Shown here piece by piece: positions 1-8,451 of a DNA stretch of 64,000 nucleotides; position 1 is the first letter of the stretch; the number at the start of each line of letters is the position of its first letter. The translations under genes and the position numbers were made by a program. The stretch comes from Bacteroidales bacterium (GTDB lineage: Bacteria; Bacteroidota; Bacteroidia; Bacteroidales; P3), in assembly GCA_045222295.1 (NCBI GenBank), contig JBGUXP010000011.1, positions 21,643 through 85,642 on the forward strand. The letters run 5' to 3'. The notes under the pieces were generated by a model. That model made no database searches and was not told where the DNA came from. It worked only from the letters and a program-made list of their open reading frames with translations.

Positions 1-1
1 C

Positions 2-145
2 GACTTCGAACCCTCCGACGAAGACCTCCGTGGCATTGAAGAGGAATATCTCGATGCTGAGATACCGCCTCTCGATGCTACCATTCCTGAAGAGGAAATG
101 GCTACCAAGCCCAAGAAACGTGGCCGCAAAAAGAAAACAGAATGA
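2..145 (+). CDS. 3' end of an upstream CDS (last 47 aa, acidic then a KKRGRKKK tail); product not identifiable
   Basis: Frame 2 is open from the window edge to TGA at 143-145, which overlaps the next ATG (ATGA). It is absent from the ORF track because no start lies in the window. Confidence 0.4.
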   Translation, partial: DFEPSDEDLRGIEEEYLDAEIPPLDATIPEEEMATKPKKRGRKKKTE

Positions 146-942
146 ATAAATCAAATAACATAAAACCAATGAAAAATATCGTAAAAGTTCTCTGCCTGAC
201 CGCCATGATAATGTGCGTCGGTGCCACAGTGCAAGCCCAGTCCTATATCCGCCAGTCAATCTACCTGAACGGCAACATCCCCACTGGCAACTTCGGTTCC
301 AGCGCTTCTGAGGGGCCCAACCTCTCGACAATTTTTACCGGCACCACCACCTTCCCAACTTCCGGAGTGCCTCTGACCTATGAACAAATTGGAAAAGATG
401 CTTCTGTCGGTTTCGGCCTTGGATATCGCGTAAGTTACCGTTTCGATGTCGGTGTGGGCGAAGTAGCCCCCTTTATCAATGCCGACTTCCTCTGGAACAC
501 TATCTCGAGCAAATGGCGCGACAAATATAGCGATGCTTACTACAGCGCTCCCACCTATTTCAATATTCCTGTTATGGGAGGTGTGAGTTATATTTATGAC
601 GAACTCCCCTGGAGCGACATCTCGGCTTTTGGCGAGTTCGGCATTGGTTCCGACTTCCTATGGATTACCTCCGAAGGCAAAGGGGACGGCAACGAGCGCT
701 TTGCTTATAAATCCACCTTCGCTTTCGCTTGGATGATAGGCGCCGGTGCCTACTTCGGACAACATGTCAGTGCCGGTATCTACTATTACGGCCTTGGCAA
801 GCACCCCATCGATTATTCCAACAGCACCATGGAGAACAACCTCTATGCCAACGGTCAGGTGAGCGCCAACGATGCCGCCGGCAAGGGTCGCCAACAGCGC
901 ACCGTAGGTTCCATCATGCTCCGCATCGGATTCCACTTCTAA
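142..942 (+). CDS. Outer-membrane beta-barrel protein (porin/OmpA-like barrel family)
   Basis: Signal peptide ending AQ/S, alternating aromatic/Gly beta-strand pattern, C-terminal Phe (RIGFHF) typical of OMPs. Confidence 0.6.
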   Translation: MNKSNNIKPMKNIVKVLCLTAMIMCVGATVQAQSYIRQSIYLNGNIPTGNFGSSASEGPNLSTIFTGTTTFPTSGVPLTYEQIGKDASVGFGLGYRVSYRFDVGVGEVAPFINADFLWNTISSKWRDKYSDAYYSAPTYFNIPVMGGVSYIYDELPWSDISAFGEFGIGSDFLWITSEGKGDGNERFAYKSTFAFAWMIGAGAYFGQHVSAGIYYYGLGKHPIDYSNSTMENNLYANGQVSANDAAGKGRQQRTVGSIMLRIGFHF

Positions 943-953
943 AAGATACGGAT

Positions 954-991
954 AAAAAAAGGGCCCGCTCGATGAGCGGGCCCTTTTTTTT
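954..991. terminator. Bidirectional rho-independent terminator between the OMP gene and serS
   Basis: A-run, 10-bp GC stem GGGCCCGCTC/GAGCGGGCCC, then T-run. Confidence 0.75.
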
Positions 992-1003
992 ATATCTAAG
1001 GGT

Positions 1004-2278
1004 TTAGTCAATCTTATCGAATCCAAGATAGGGGCGCAGGCACTCGGGCATAATGATGCCGTCGGGTGTCTGGTTGTTCTCCAGCAGGGCTGCCACAATG
1101 CGCGGCAGGGCAAGAGCCGAGCCATTGAGGGTGTGGCATAGCTGCATCTTGCCATTCTCGTCCTTGAAACGCAACTTCATGCGGTTGGCTTGGAAGGTCT
1201 CGAAGTTGGATACCGAGCTCACCTCGAGCCAGCGCTTCTGGGCGGCACTCCACACCTCGAAATCGAAGGTCATAGCGGAAGTGAAACTGATATCACCACC
1301 ACAGAGTTTGAGGATATGGTAAGGCAGACCAAGTTTATCCAGCAGTCCGCCGACATGCTTTTTCATCTCCTCGAGCTGCTCGTAGGAGCGGTCGGGATGT
1401 TCGATGACGACAATCTCCACCTTGGAGAACTCGTGTAGACGGTTCAAACCGCGCACATCCTTGCCGTAACTGCCAGCCTCACGACGGAAGCACTCGCTAT
1501 ACCCCACACGCTTGATAGGCAACTGCTTGGGGTCGACCACCTCTCCACGGAAAATGTTAGTGATGGGCACCTCTGCAGTAGGAATCATATAGAAACCATC
1601 CAACGGGATGGCATACATCTGCCCCTCCTTGTCGGGCAGCTGACCGGTACCAAGGCCAGAAGCCTCGTTGACCATCAGCGGCGGCTGAATTTCAACAAAG
1701 CCGGCATTGGCAGCCTCGTTAAGGAAGAAATTGATGAGGGCACGCTGCAGGCGGGCTCCTTTACCCTTGTAGAAGGGAAATCCGGCTCCCGTCACCTTAT
1801 TGCCCAGTTCAAAATCAACGATGTCATACTTGGCGCAGAGGTCCCAGTGAGGCAGTGCATCGGCAGGCAGTTCGGGCTTATGACCGAATTCGGCGACCAC
1901 CAGATTGTCGGCCTCGCTCTTTCCACAGGGCACCGTGATGTGGGGGGCATTGGGAAGAGAAATAAGTTTCTCGTTAAGTTCTTTCTCTGTGGCAGCCTGC
2001 TGCTCTCCCAGCTCCTTTTCATTGGCTTTCAGCTCAGCAGTACGGGCCTTGGCGGCCTCAGCCTCCTCTTTCTTTCCCTGCTTCATCAGCATGCCGATTT
2101 CCTTAGCAATCTTGTTCTGCTCAGCCTTCACAGCATCAGCTTTCACCTGCATAGCACGGCGCTCGGCGTCGAGTTTCAAGATTTCAGCGATACGCTCTTC
2201 GACATTCTGGACATTCTTGATTTTTAGACGGGAAATAATCTCCTCAGTATGATCCTTAATATATTGCAGTTGCAGCAT
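1004..2278 (-). CDS. serS: Seryl-tRNA synthetase
   Basis: 424 aa with an N-terminal coiled-coil arm and class II aaRS core motifs (FRREAGS, GSALA..PR). Confidence 0.97.
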   Translation of the reverse strand: MLQLQYIKDHTEEIISRLKIKNVQNVEERIAEILKLDAERRAMQVKADAVKAEQNKIAKEIGMLMKQGKKEEAEAAKARTAELKANEKELGEQQAATEKELNEKLISLPNAPHITVPCGKSEADNLVVAEFGHKPELPADALPHWDLCAKYDIVDFELGNKVTGAGFPFYKGKGARLQRALINFFLNEAANAGFVEIQPPLMVNEASGLGTGQLPDKEGQMYAIPLDGFYMIPTAEVPITNIFRGEVVDPKQLPIKRVGYSECFRREAGSYGKDVRGLNRLHEFSKVEIVVIEHPDRSYEQLEEMKKHVGGLLDKLGLPYHILKLCGGDISFTSAMTFDFEVWSAAQKRWLEVSSVSNFETFQANRMKLRFKDENGKMQLCHTLNGSALALPRIVAALLENNQTPDGIIMPECLRPYLGFDKID

Positions 2279-2304
2279 AGATGACTACATTTTAAAGAAA
2301 AAAG

Positions 2305-2389
2305 CGGAGAGAGAGGGATTCGAACCCCCGGACCCTCGCAGGTCAACGGTTTTCAAGACCGCCGCAATCGACCGCTCTGCCATCTCTCC
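2305..2389 (-). tRNA. tRNA-Ser (anticodon UGA), long variable arm, no encoded CCA
   Basis: The reverse complement folds as a cloverleaf: acceptor GGAGAGA/TCTCTCC, anticodon loop CTTGAAA, T-loop GGTTCGAATCC. Confidence 0.9.
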
Positions 2390-2391
2390 GA

Positions 2392-2420
2392 TTTAAAAAC
2401 CCTGTCTCAAGGGACAGGGT
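2392..2420 (-). terminator. Rho-independent terminator downstream of rpmE
   Basis: Hairpin CCCTGTC...GACAGGG followed by a T-run on the minus strand. Confidence 0.6.
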
Positions 2421-2465
2421 CTCTAGATCTAAAAATCTAAAACAAATTACTTTCTTTCGTGTTCC

Positions 2466-2726
2466 TTAAGCCTTCTTGGCGTATTTTTTATACTTGTTCA
2501 TGAACTTATCGACGCGGCCAGCGGTGTCAACGAGTTTCAACTTGCCGGTGAAGAAAGGGTGCGAAGTATTCGAGATTTCAAGCTTCACAACGGGATATTC
2601 CTTACCATCGGTATAAGTGACAGTCTCTTTGGTGTTGGCGCAGCTCTTGGTGAGAATCATATTGTCGTTCGACATGTCCTTAAACACCACGAGGCGATAG
2701 TTTTCGGGATGAATTCCTTTTTTCAT
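2466..2726 (-). CDS. rpmE: 50S ribosomal protein L31, type B (non-zinc form)
   Basis: 86 aa starting MKKGIHPENY and containing HPFFTG; no CxxC zinc motif. Confidence 0.93.
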   Translation of the reverse strand: MKKGIHPENYRLVVFKDMSNDNMILTKSCANTKETVTYTDGKEYPVVKLEISNTSHPFFTGKLKLVDTAGRVDKFMNKYKKYAKKA

Positions 2727-2799
2727 TTTCTTACTTTTTGCCGTCTAATCCGTTTATTATTAGACGATTGTTTATAATTCGTTTACTTATTTCGTGCTG

Positions 2800-2807
2800 C
2801 AAAGATA
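2800..2807 (-). promoter_or_regulatory. Bacteroidota -7 box (TATCTTTG) for rpmE
   Basis: TAnnTTTG match on the minus strand, 74 nt upstream of the rpmE ATG. Confidence 0.45.
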
Positions 2808-2905
2808 CAACTTTTTTCTAAACTGGCAAAATATTCTTTCACCGCTCTTAAAAAAAATGTTAAAATTCCTCTCGAAAAACGAAAAAAAGCCTCCAGTCAG
2901 ATTAA

Positions 2906-2996
2906 CACCAACTACCTGATATCCACTTACCAACGCCTTACCAACTCCTACCAAACTCCTACCATGGTAGGAGATGATAGGGGGGTGGTTGGGGAA
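2906..2996. repeat. Intergenic structured repeat, family A, copy 1
   Basis: About 85-90 nt, highly similar to 38922-39020. Shared core: CCACTTACCAA..CCTTACCAACTCCTA.CCAA.CTCCTACCAYGGTAGGAGATGATAGG, with internal hairpin CTCCTACC/GGTAGGAG. Confidence 0.7.
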
Positions 2997-3036
2997 TGAT
3001 AATACTAAAACAGTTTTTTGTCCGTTATGGTGTGGT

Positions 3037-3588
3037 ATGACAAAAACAATTTTTTTGGCTGGCGGGTGTTTTTGGGGCACCCAGCACTATCTGAAACAGA
3101 TTAACGGCGTCCTTGAGACACAGACGGGCTTTGCCAACGGCAACTCGGCAAGCCGCAGCCACAGTGGCGACGGGGGCATTGTGGTGGAGCATCCCACCTA
3201 CGAGCAGGTCTACACCGACCGCACGGGCTATGCCGAGACGGTGCGCGTGGTGTTCGACCCTGAGGTGCTGCCACTGAAGAAGCTCGTGGAGCTCTATTTC
3301 CTCTGCATTGAGCCCACCTCGGTGAACCGGCAGGGGGAAGACGAGGGCACACGCTACCGCACAGGCATCTATTACATTGAGCCTGAGGACAGACTAACAA
3401 TTATGGATGTTTTTCGCGACGTTCAACACGGATATAGCAGTCCGCTAGCCGTGGAAGTGGAGCCTTTGGAGACCTTCGAACCTGCCAACGAGTACCACCA
3501 GAACTACCTAGACAAACACCCCGACGGCTACTGTCATCTACCTGAGGCTCTGTTTGAAATGGCTCGCCGCGCGAATCGTAAAGGCTAA
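3037..3588 (+). CDS. msrA: Peptide-methionine (S)-S-oxide reductase MsrA
   Basis: GGCFWG active-site motif right after the start MTKTIFLAGGCFWG. The longer ORF from 2974 begins inside repeat family A and is not conserved-looking. Confidence 0.9.
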   Translation: MTKTIFLAGGCFWGTQHYLKQINGVLETQTGFANGNSASRSHSGDGGIVVEHPTYEQVYTDRTGYAETVRVVFDPEVLPLKKLVELYFLCIEPTSVNRQGEDEGTRYRTGIYYIEPEDRLTIMDVFRDVQHGYSSPLAVEVEPLETFEPANEYHQNYLDKHPDGYCHLPEALFEMARRANRKG

Positions 3589-3640
3589 AGCCTAAAACTT
3601 AAAGTTTAAAGTTTTTTTCTTGTATATAAAAAAAAGTGCG

Positions 3641-3648
3641 TATCTTTG
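3641..3648 (+). promoter_or_regulatory. -7 box TATCTTTG for tRNA-Leu
   Basis: TAnnTTTG match 20 nt upstream of the tRNA 5' end. Confidence 0.5.
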
Positions 3649-3667
3649 CACGCGTTTTTAACCCAAT

Positions 3668-3749
3668 GCGGATATGGCGTAATCGGTAGCCGCGTCAGAC
3701 TTAGGATCTGGTTCCGAAAGGAGTGGGGGTTCGAGTCCCCCTATCCGCA
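3668..3749 (+). tRNA. tRNA-Leu (anticodon UAG), long variable arm
   Basis: Acceptor GCGGATA/TATCCGC, anticodon loop CTTAGGA, T-loop GGTTCGAGTCC. Confidence 0.9.
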
Positions 3750-3815
3750 CAACTGTTTTTGTGGGTAGTTATGGCATTTAAAAGAAATAACCTGACGAAT
3801 TGGGTGCAGAGGACT

Positions 3816-5117
3816 ATGGAAAGGCATCAAATGCCATCCTCTTTTCACTATTCACTATCCACCCTTTTTCTTTTATTCTTTCTTTTTTTATCCGCGCACG
3901 CGCAGGCGAATTATATATTATTGCCAATGGACGAAGCCCAGAAGAACCACCTGAAAGCCTACGGCGTAGCCTATTGGAGCCTGCAGCGCGAGGTGGAAGT
4001 CACCTGGTTGCTCAACTATCGCGGAGGCACTTTCATGATGAAATATGCCGATGCTATCGAACGCGAATGTAAACTGAGGGGTGTAAGATGCGAGGTGATT
4101 GCCGACGGCCAAAGTAGCGCCATCCTCAGCCACATTGCCGACCCAGGCGTGAACATGGATGCCGTCAAGCTACAGAAAGCACCCAAGATTGCCGTCTACT
4201 CGCCGAAGAACAAATTGCCATGGGACGACGCCGTGACGCTTGTACTCACCTACGCAGAAATACCCTACGATGTGGTGTATGACGAGGAGGTGATGAGCGG
4301 CGTACTACCCACCTATGACTGGCTGCACCTGCACCACGAAGATTTCACCGGCCAATACGGCAAATTTTGGGCCAACTACCGCAGCCAGCAATGGTACATC
4401 GAGGATGTGCGGTTGCAAGAAGCCATGGCAAACAAGCTAGGCTTCAGCAAGGTCAGCCAACTGAAGCTGGCAGTAGCCAAGAAGATACGCGACTTTGTGA
4501 TGGGCGGCGGATTCCTCTTCGCCATGTGCTCGGCTCCTGACAGCTACGACGTGGCGCTAGCTGCCGAAGGGGTGGACATCTGCGACGTGATGTTCGACGG
4601 AGACCCCATGCAGCCCAACGCACAGGAGCTTCTGGATTACAGCAAATGTTTTGCCTTCAAAGACTTCCTCATCAGCCGGAACCCATCGGAATATGAGATT
4701 TCGACCATCGACATCGACGACCGCAGCCGCCAACGCCTAGTGAACGAGAAGAACGATTTCTTCGTACTCTTCGACTTCTCGGCCAAATGGGACTGGATTC
4801 CTACCATGCTGACACAAAACCACACTCGTGTGGTCCACGGCTTCATGGGACAGACAACGGCCTTCCGACGCGAATTGGTAAAGACCAGTTGCGTTATCCT
4901 GGGCGAGAACAAGGAGCTGAACGAGGTGCGCTACCTGCACGGAGACTACGGAAAAGGTACCTGGACCTTCCTCGGTGGGCACGACCCCGAAGACTACCGC
5001 CATTTCATCGGCGACCCTCCCACAGACCTCTCGCTCTACCCCAACTCTCCTGGATACCGACTGATTTTAAACAACATACTATTTCCTGCAGCAAAAAAAG
5101 AAAAACACAAAACATGA
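3816..5117 (+). CDS. Conserved secreted hypothetical protein (from memory, this family is often auto-annotated as asparagine synthetase B-like; function unknown)
   Basis: The ORF from 3723 overlaps tRNA-Leu, so the start is moved to MERHQMPSS.. ahead of a signal peptide (LFFLFLSAHAQA). First gene of a tightly packed 4-gene unit. Confidence 0.6.
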   Translation: MERHQMPSSFHYSLSTLFLLFFLFLSAHAQANYILLPMDEAQKNHLKAYGVAYWSLQREVEVTWLLNYRGGTFMMKYADAIERECKLRGVRCEVIADGQSSAILSHIADPGVNMDAVKLQKAPKIAVYSPKNKLPWDDAVTLVLTYAEIPYDVVYDEEVMSGVLPTYDWLHLHHEDFTGQYGKFWANYRSQQWYIEDVRLQEAMANKLGFSKVSQLKLAVAKKIRDFVMGGGFLFAMCSAPDSYDVALAAEGVDICDVMFDGDPMQPNAQELLDYSKCFAFKDFLISRNPSEYEISTIDIDDRSRQRLVNEKNDFFVLFDFSAKWDWIPTMLTQNHTRVVHGFMGQTTAFRRELVKTSCVILGENKELNEVRYLHGDYGKGTWTFLGGHDPEDYRHFIGDPPTDLSLYPNSPGYRLILNNILFPAAKKEKHKT

Positions 5118-6391
5118 CAAAGAGAATCATAATAGGACTAATAGTCGTAATGGGGTTCATTGGCAACATGGGCCATGCACAAAACGGCACATGGACTGTC
5201 TACAGCACCCGAACGAGTGATATCTGTGGCAACAACATATCAGCCCTTGCCGCTGACAGTCGTGGTGTATGGGCCGGAACCTACCAAGGACTATGCCGAC
5301 TCTCAGGACCTTCATGGCTGGACTACTCGATGTTCAACGAAAAGTTGAAAGACCAGTCGGTAAACTGTCTGATGATTGACAAGCGCGGAGTGCTGTGGAT
5401 TGGCACCGACGACTATGGTGTCATCGAATGGGACGGAACCAATTGGACCGAGCACAACGATGTCACACGACGACTGAAGATGAAATTTGTCAAAGAGATT
5501 GTCATAGACCAAGATGGCCTGACATGGATTGGTGTTACCCTCGGCGGCCTGGTGACCTACGACGGCAACGACTGGGAAAAATATACGCCCAACGACTGCG
5601 GCCTGCTGAGCGATTTCGTGCTTGATCTGGCCGTAGACCGTGCCAACCGTAAATGGATTACCACTAACGCCGGTGTCAGCGTCTTCAACGGCAACCGCTG
5701 GACAAGCTATACCACCGGAAACTCAGGCCTTCCCGACGACATCGTACCCGCCATCGCCATCGACAAGCAGAATGTCAAATGGTTCGGCACCCTCAGTGGT
5801 CTAGCCCGCTACGACGGCCAGCGATGGACTGTATGGAATACCAGCAACAGTCCGCTTCCCAGCGACCAAGTGAACGACATCACCATTGACAAGAACGGTC
5901 TGCTGTGGATAGCCACCAACCATGGTGCCGCCGTGTTTGACGGGATAGACAACTGGGTGGCTTTCACCCCTAAAAACAGCCAAATTCCCGAAGGAAACAT
6001 CTACAAGGTAGCCGTCGACAATAACGGAACCGTGTGGTTCGGTAACGACTCAAAAGGACTAGCCAAGCTCAGCGGTTTCCAGATGCCAAGCCGCGAGGTA
6101 GCCGAAAGTGTCCCTCCGGATAACCGTATAGTCAAGGAGGTTGATGCCCCTGGCCCCGGCGACCAGCATGTGCGCATCAACCCTCACCTTGACGAGGGAT
6201 ATATCACCGTCTCCATTGAGAGTCCATTAGCCAACATCACTTTCATCAATAGCAACGGCAAAGTGGTAAAACGGGTGGAAAACTACACCAACAACCAACA
6301 TATCAAAATCAACCGCCTTCCCAAAGGCATGTATACAGTCTCGGTGAAAACCGAACGTGGCGAAAGAAAAATTAAATTCAATCTGAAATAA
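5114..6391 (+). CDS. Secreted beta-propeller protein (two-component-regulator propeller repeats) with a T9SS C-terminal sorting domain
   Basis: ATGA overlap with the upstream gene; signal peptide; repeated W.GT..GL...DG..W units; C-terminal about 80-aa CTD (GMYTVSVKTERGERKIKFNLK). Confidence 0.7.
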   Translation: MTKRIIIGLIVVMGFIGNMGHAQNGTWTVYSTRTSDICGNNISALAADSRGVWAGTYQGLCRLSGPSWLDYSMFNEKLKDQSVNCLMIDKRGVLWIGTDDYGVIEWDGTNWTEHNDVTRRLKMKFVKEIVIDQDGLTWIGVTLGGLVTYDGNDWEKYTPNDCGLLSDFVLDLAVDRANRKWITTNAGVSVFNGNRWTSYTTGNSGLPDDIVPAIAIDKQNVKWFGTLSGLARYDGQRWTVWNTSNSPLPSDQVNDITIDKNGLLWIATNHGAAVFDGIDNWVAFTPKNSQIPEGNIYKVAVDNNGTVWFGNDSKGLAKLSGFQMPSREVAESVPPDNRIVKEVDAPGPGDQHVRINPHLDEGYITVSIESPLANITFINSNGKVVKRVENYTNNQHIKINRLPKGMYTVSVKTERGERKIKFNLK

Positions 6392-6393
6392 CA

Positions 6394-8445
6394 ATGAAAC
6401 GACTTGTTTTCCTGCTCCTGTGCCTCGCAACCACCTTGGGCATCAATGCCCAGCAGTTGGACCCTGCCAAACGCACCTTCTCGGTGAAAGAGACCTCGCC
6501 TACCGAAGCCGAACTCATCATGACTGTCAAACTCGACAACGGTTGGCACATGTATTCACAACACACCGATGCCAACGGCCCGCTGCCAACCGTATTTGAA
6601 TTCTCACCGTCAAGCGACTACCAGCTCGTGGGCAAGGTTTCCGAACCCAAGCCCCATGAGGAGATGGACGCCATGTTCGGCTGCATTGTCAAGTCGTTTA
6701 GTGGCACGGTGGTCTTCCGCCAGAAAATCAAACGTCTCTCGCAGAAAGACTTCACCGTCAAAGGCATTCTCTCCTACCAGCTCTGCAACGACGGCAGCTG
6801 CATTGCTCCTGAGGACCACGACATGGTCTTCAAGGTGAAAGGAGCCACCGAAGAAGCCGCACCCACCGTCACCGAAGAGACGGTCTCTTCCGAGGAAGCG
6901 GAGAATCAGGAATCCCTAGAACCCACCGAGTCTTTGGAGAAACCAGCAACTCCTGAAACCGCAGAAACCTCTGAGTCCTCCGAAGAGAGCCACCAGAGCC
7001 TGCTGATGATCTTTCTCATCGCCTTGGGTGGCGGCATCCTCACCATGTTCACCCCCTGCGTCTTCCCCATGATACCCATGACCGTCAACTTCTTCATGCG
7101 CGGTGCTGAGAACAAACGCAAAGGCCGTCGCCAGGCTTGGTTCTTTGGCTTCTCCATCGTCTTCCTCTTCGCCGTGTTGGGTGCCATCCTAGCTCTTATT
7201 CTCGGTCCCGAATCGCTCTATGTCATGGGTACCCACTGGATTCCCAATCTCATCTTCTTCGTCATCTTCTTCATCTTCGCCCTGAGTTTCTTCGGGCTCT
7301 TCGAAATAAAGATGCCCGAGAAGTGGGTCAACAGCAGTGACGAGCAGGCCGACAAGGGAGGTCTGCTGGCCCCCTTCTTCATTGCCCTGACCACCGTGCT
7401 GGTAAGCTTCAGCTGCACGGGTCCCATCCTCGGAGCTGCCCTGGTGGGCCTCACCACCTCGAGCACCGACCGCTGGGTATCATTGGTCACCATGCTGGGA
7501 TTCGGCATCGGATTCGCTGCTCCCTTCACCCTCCTGGCCATGTTCCCGCAGTTCCTCAAGAACATGAAGAGCGGCGGCTGGCTCAACACTGTCAAGGTGG
7601 TCTTCGCCTTCCTCGAGCTGGCCTTCGGACTGAAGTTCCTGCAACAGGCCGACCTCTACTGTGGCTGGGGGCTTCTCGACCGCGAAGTCTATCTGGCCCT
7701 CTGGATTGTCATCTTCGCGCTGTTGGGCTTTTACCTCCTTGGCAAACTGCGCTTCAAAGGTGACGACCCCATCGAGCACCTCGGCACCGGCCGACTGATG
7801 CTCGCCATCCTCGACCTGGCCTTTGTAGTCTACATGATTCCTGGCCTTTGGGGTGCCCCCCTCAAGGGCATCTCCGGCTTCATGCCCCCCATGGAGACCC
7901 AGGACTTCAACATCGAAAAGATTGTCTACGAGAACGCAGGTTCCGGTCCTGTCGCCTCTGTCGGCAAGTTGCCTTCCGACCGTAAATATACCGACCAGCT
8001 ACATGCCCCTCTCGGCTATGAGACTTTCTTTGACCTCGACGAGGCCAAAGCATACGCCCGCCAGATAGGCAAGCCCATCTTTGTCGACTTCACAGGAAAG
8101 ACCTGTGCCAACTGCCGCGAGATGGAGCACTACGTGTGGCCCGATACCGAAGTGAAACGCATCCTCAACGAAGACTACGTGATGGTCTCACTCTACTGCG
8201 ACGCCAACACAATCGAACTGCCCGAGAGTGAATGGGTCACCAACGACAAAGGCCGTGTCATCAAGTCGCTCGGACAGAAAAACCTCAACTACCAGAAGAC
8301 TGTCTTCAACATGAACGCTCAACCCTATTACGTGGTCATCGATGCCGACGGCAATGTCCTCACCAAGGAAAATTACAAATACGACCGCGACGTGCAGAAA
8401 TTCGTCAACTGGCTCAATGAAGGAAAACAGAACTTTAAGAAATAA
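6394..8445 (+). CDS. dsbD: Thiol:disulfide interchange protein, DsbD family (N-terminal DsbD-alpha-like domain, CcdA-type membrane core, C-terminal thioredoxin)
   Basis: Signal peptide; TPCVFPMIP and FSCTGPILG membrane motifs; C-terminal FTGKTCANC (CxxC) thioredoxin fold. Confidence 0.85.
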   Translation: MKRLVFLLLCLATTLGINAQQLDPAKRTFSVKETSPTEAELIMTVKLDNGWHMYSQHTDANGPLPTVFEFSPSSDYQLVGKVSEPKPHEEMDAMFGCIVKSFSGTVVFRQKIKRLSQKDFTVKGILSYQLCNDGSCIAPEDHDMVFKVKGATEEAAPTVTEETVSSEEAENQESLEPTESLEKPATPETAETSESSEESHQSLLMIFLIALGGGILTMFTPCVFPMIPMTVNFFMRGAENKRKGRRQAWFFGFSIVFLFAVLGAILALILGPESLYVMGTHWIPNLIFFVIFFIFALSFFGLFEIKMPEKWVNSSDEQADKGGLLAPFFIALTTVLVSFSCTGPILGAALVGLTTSSTDRWVSLVTMLGFGIGFAAPFTLLAMFPQFLKNMKSGGWLNTVKVVFAFLELAFGLKFLQQADLYCGWGLLDREVYLALWIVIFALLGFYLLGKLRFKGDDPIEHLGTGRLMLAILDLAFVVYMIPGLWGAPLKGISGFMPPMETQDFNIEKIVYENAGSGPVASVGKLPSDRKYTDQLHAPLGYETFFDLDEAKAYARQIGKPIFVDFTGKTCANCREMEHYVWPDTEVKRILNEDYVMVSLYCDANTIELPESEWVTNDKGRVIKSLGQKNLNYQKTVFNMNAQPYYVVIDADGNVLTKENYKYDRDVQKFVNWLNEGKQNFKK

Positions 8446-8451
8446 TCCACG

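Noticed and set aside
2974-3036. N-terminal extensions of msrA (from 2974) and cstA (from 38998) suggested by the ORF track
   Set aside because: Both extensions start inside copies of repeat family A (the shared ATGATAGG sequence). They are not conserved-looking, and for cstA the extension lies upstream of the -7 promoter box.
3723-3815. ORF start at 3723 for the 3723-5117 CDS
   Set aside because: It overlaps the 3' half of tRNA-Leu (3668-3749). A downstream Met precedes a clear signal peptide.
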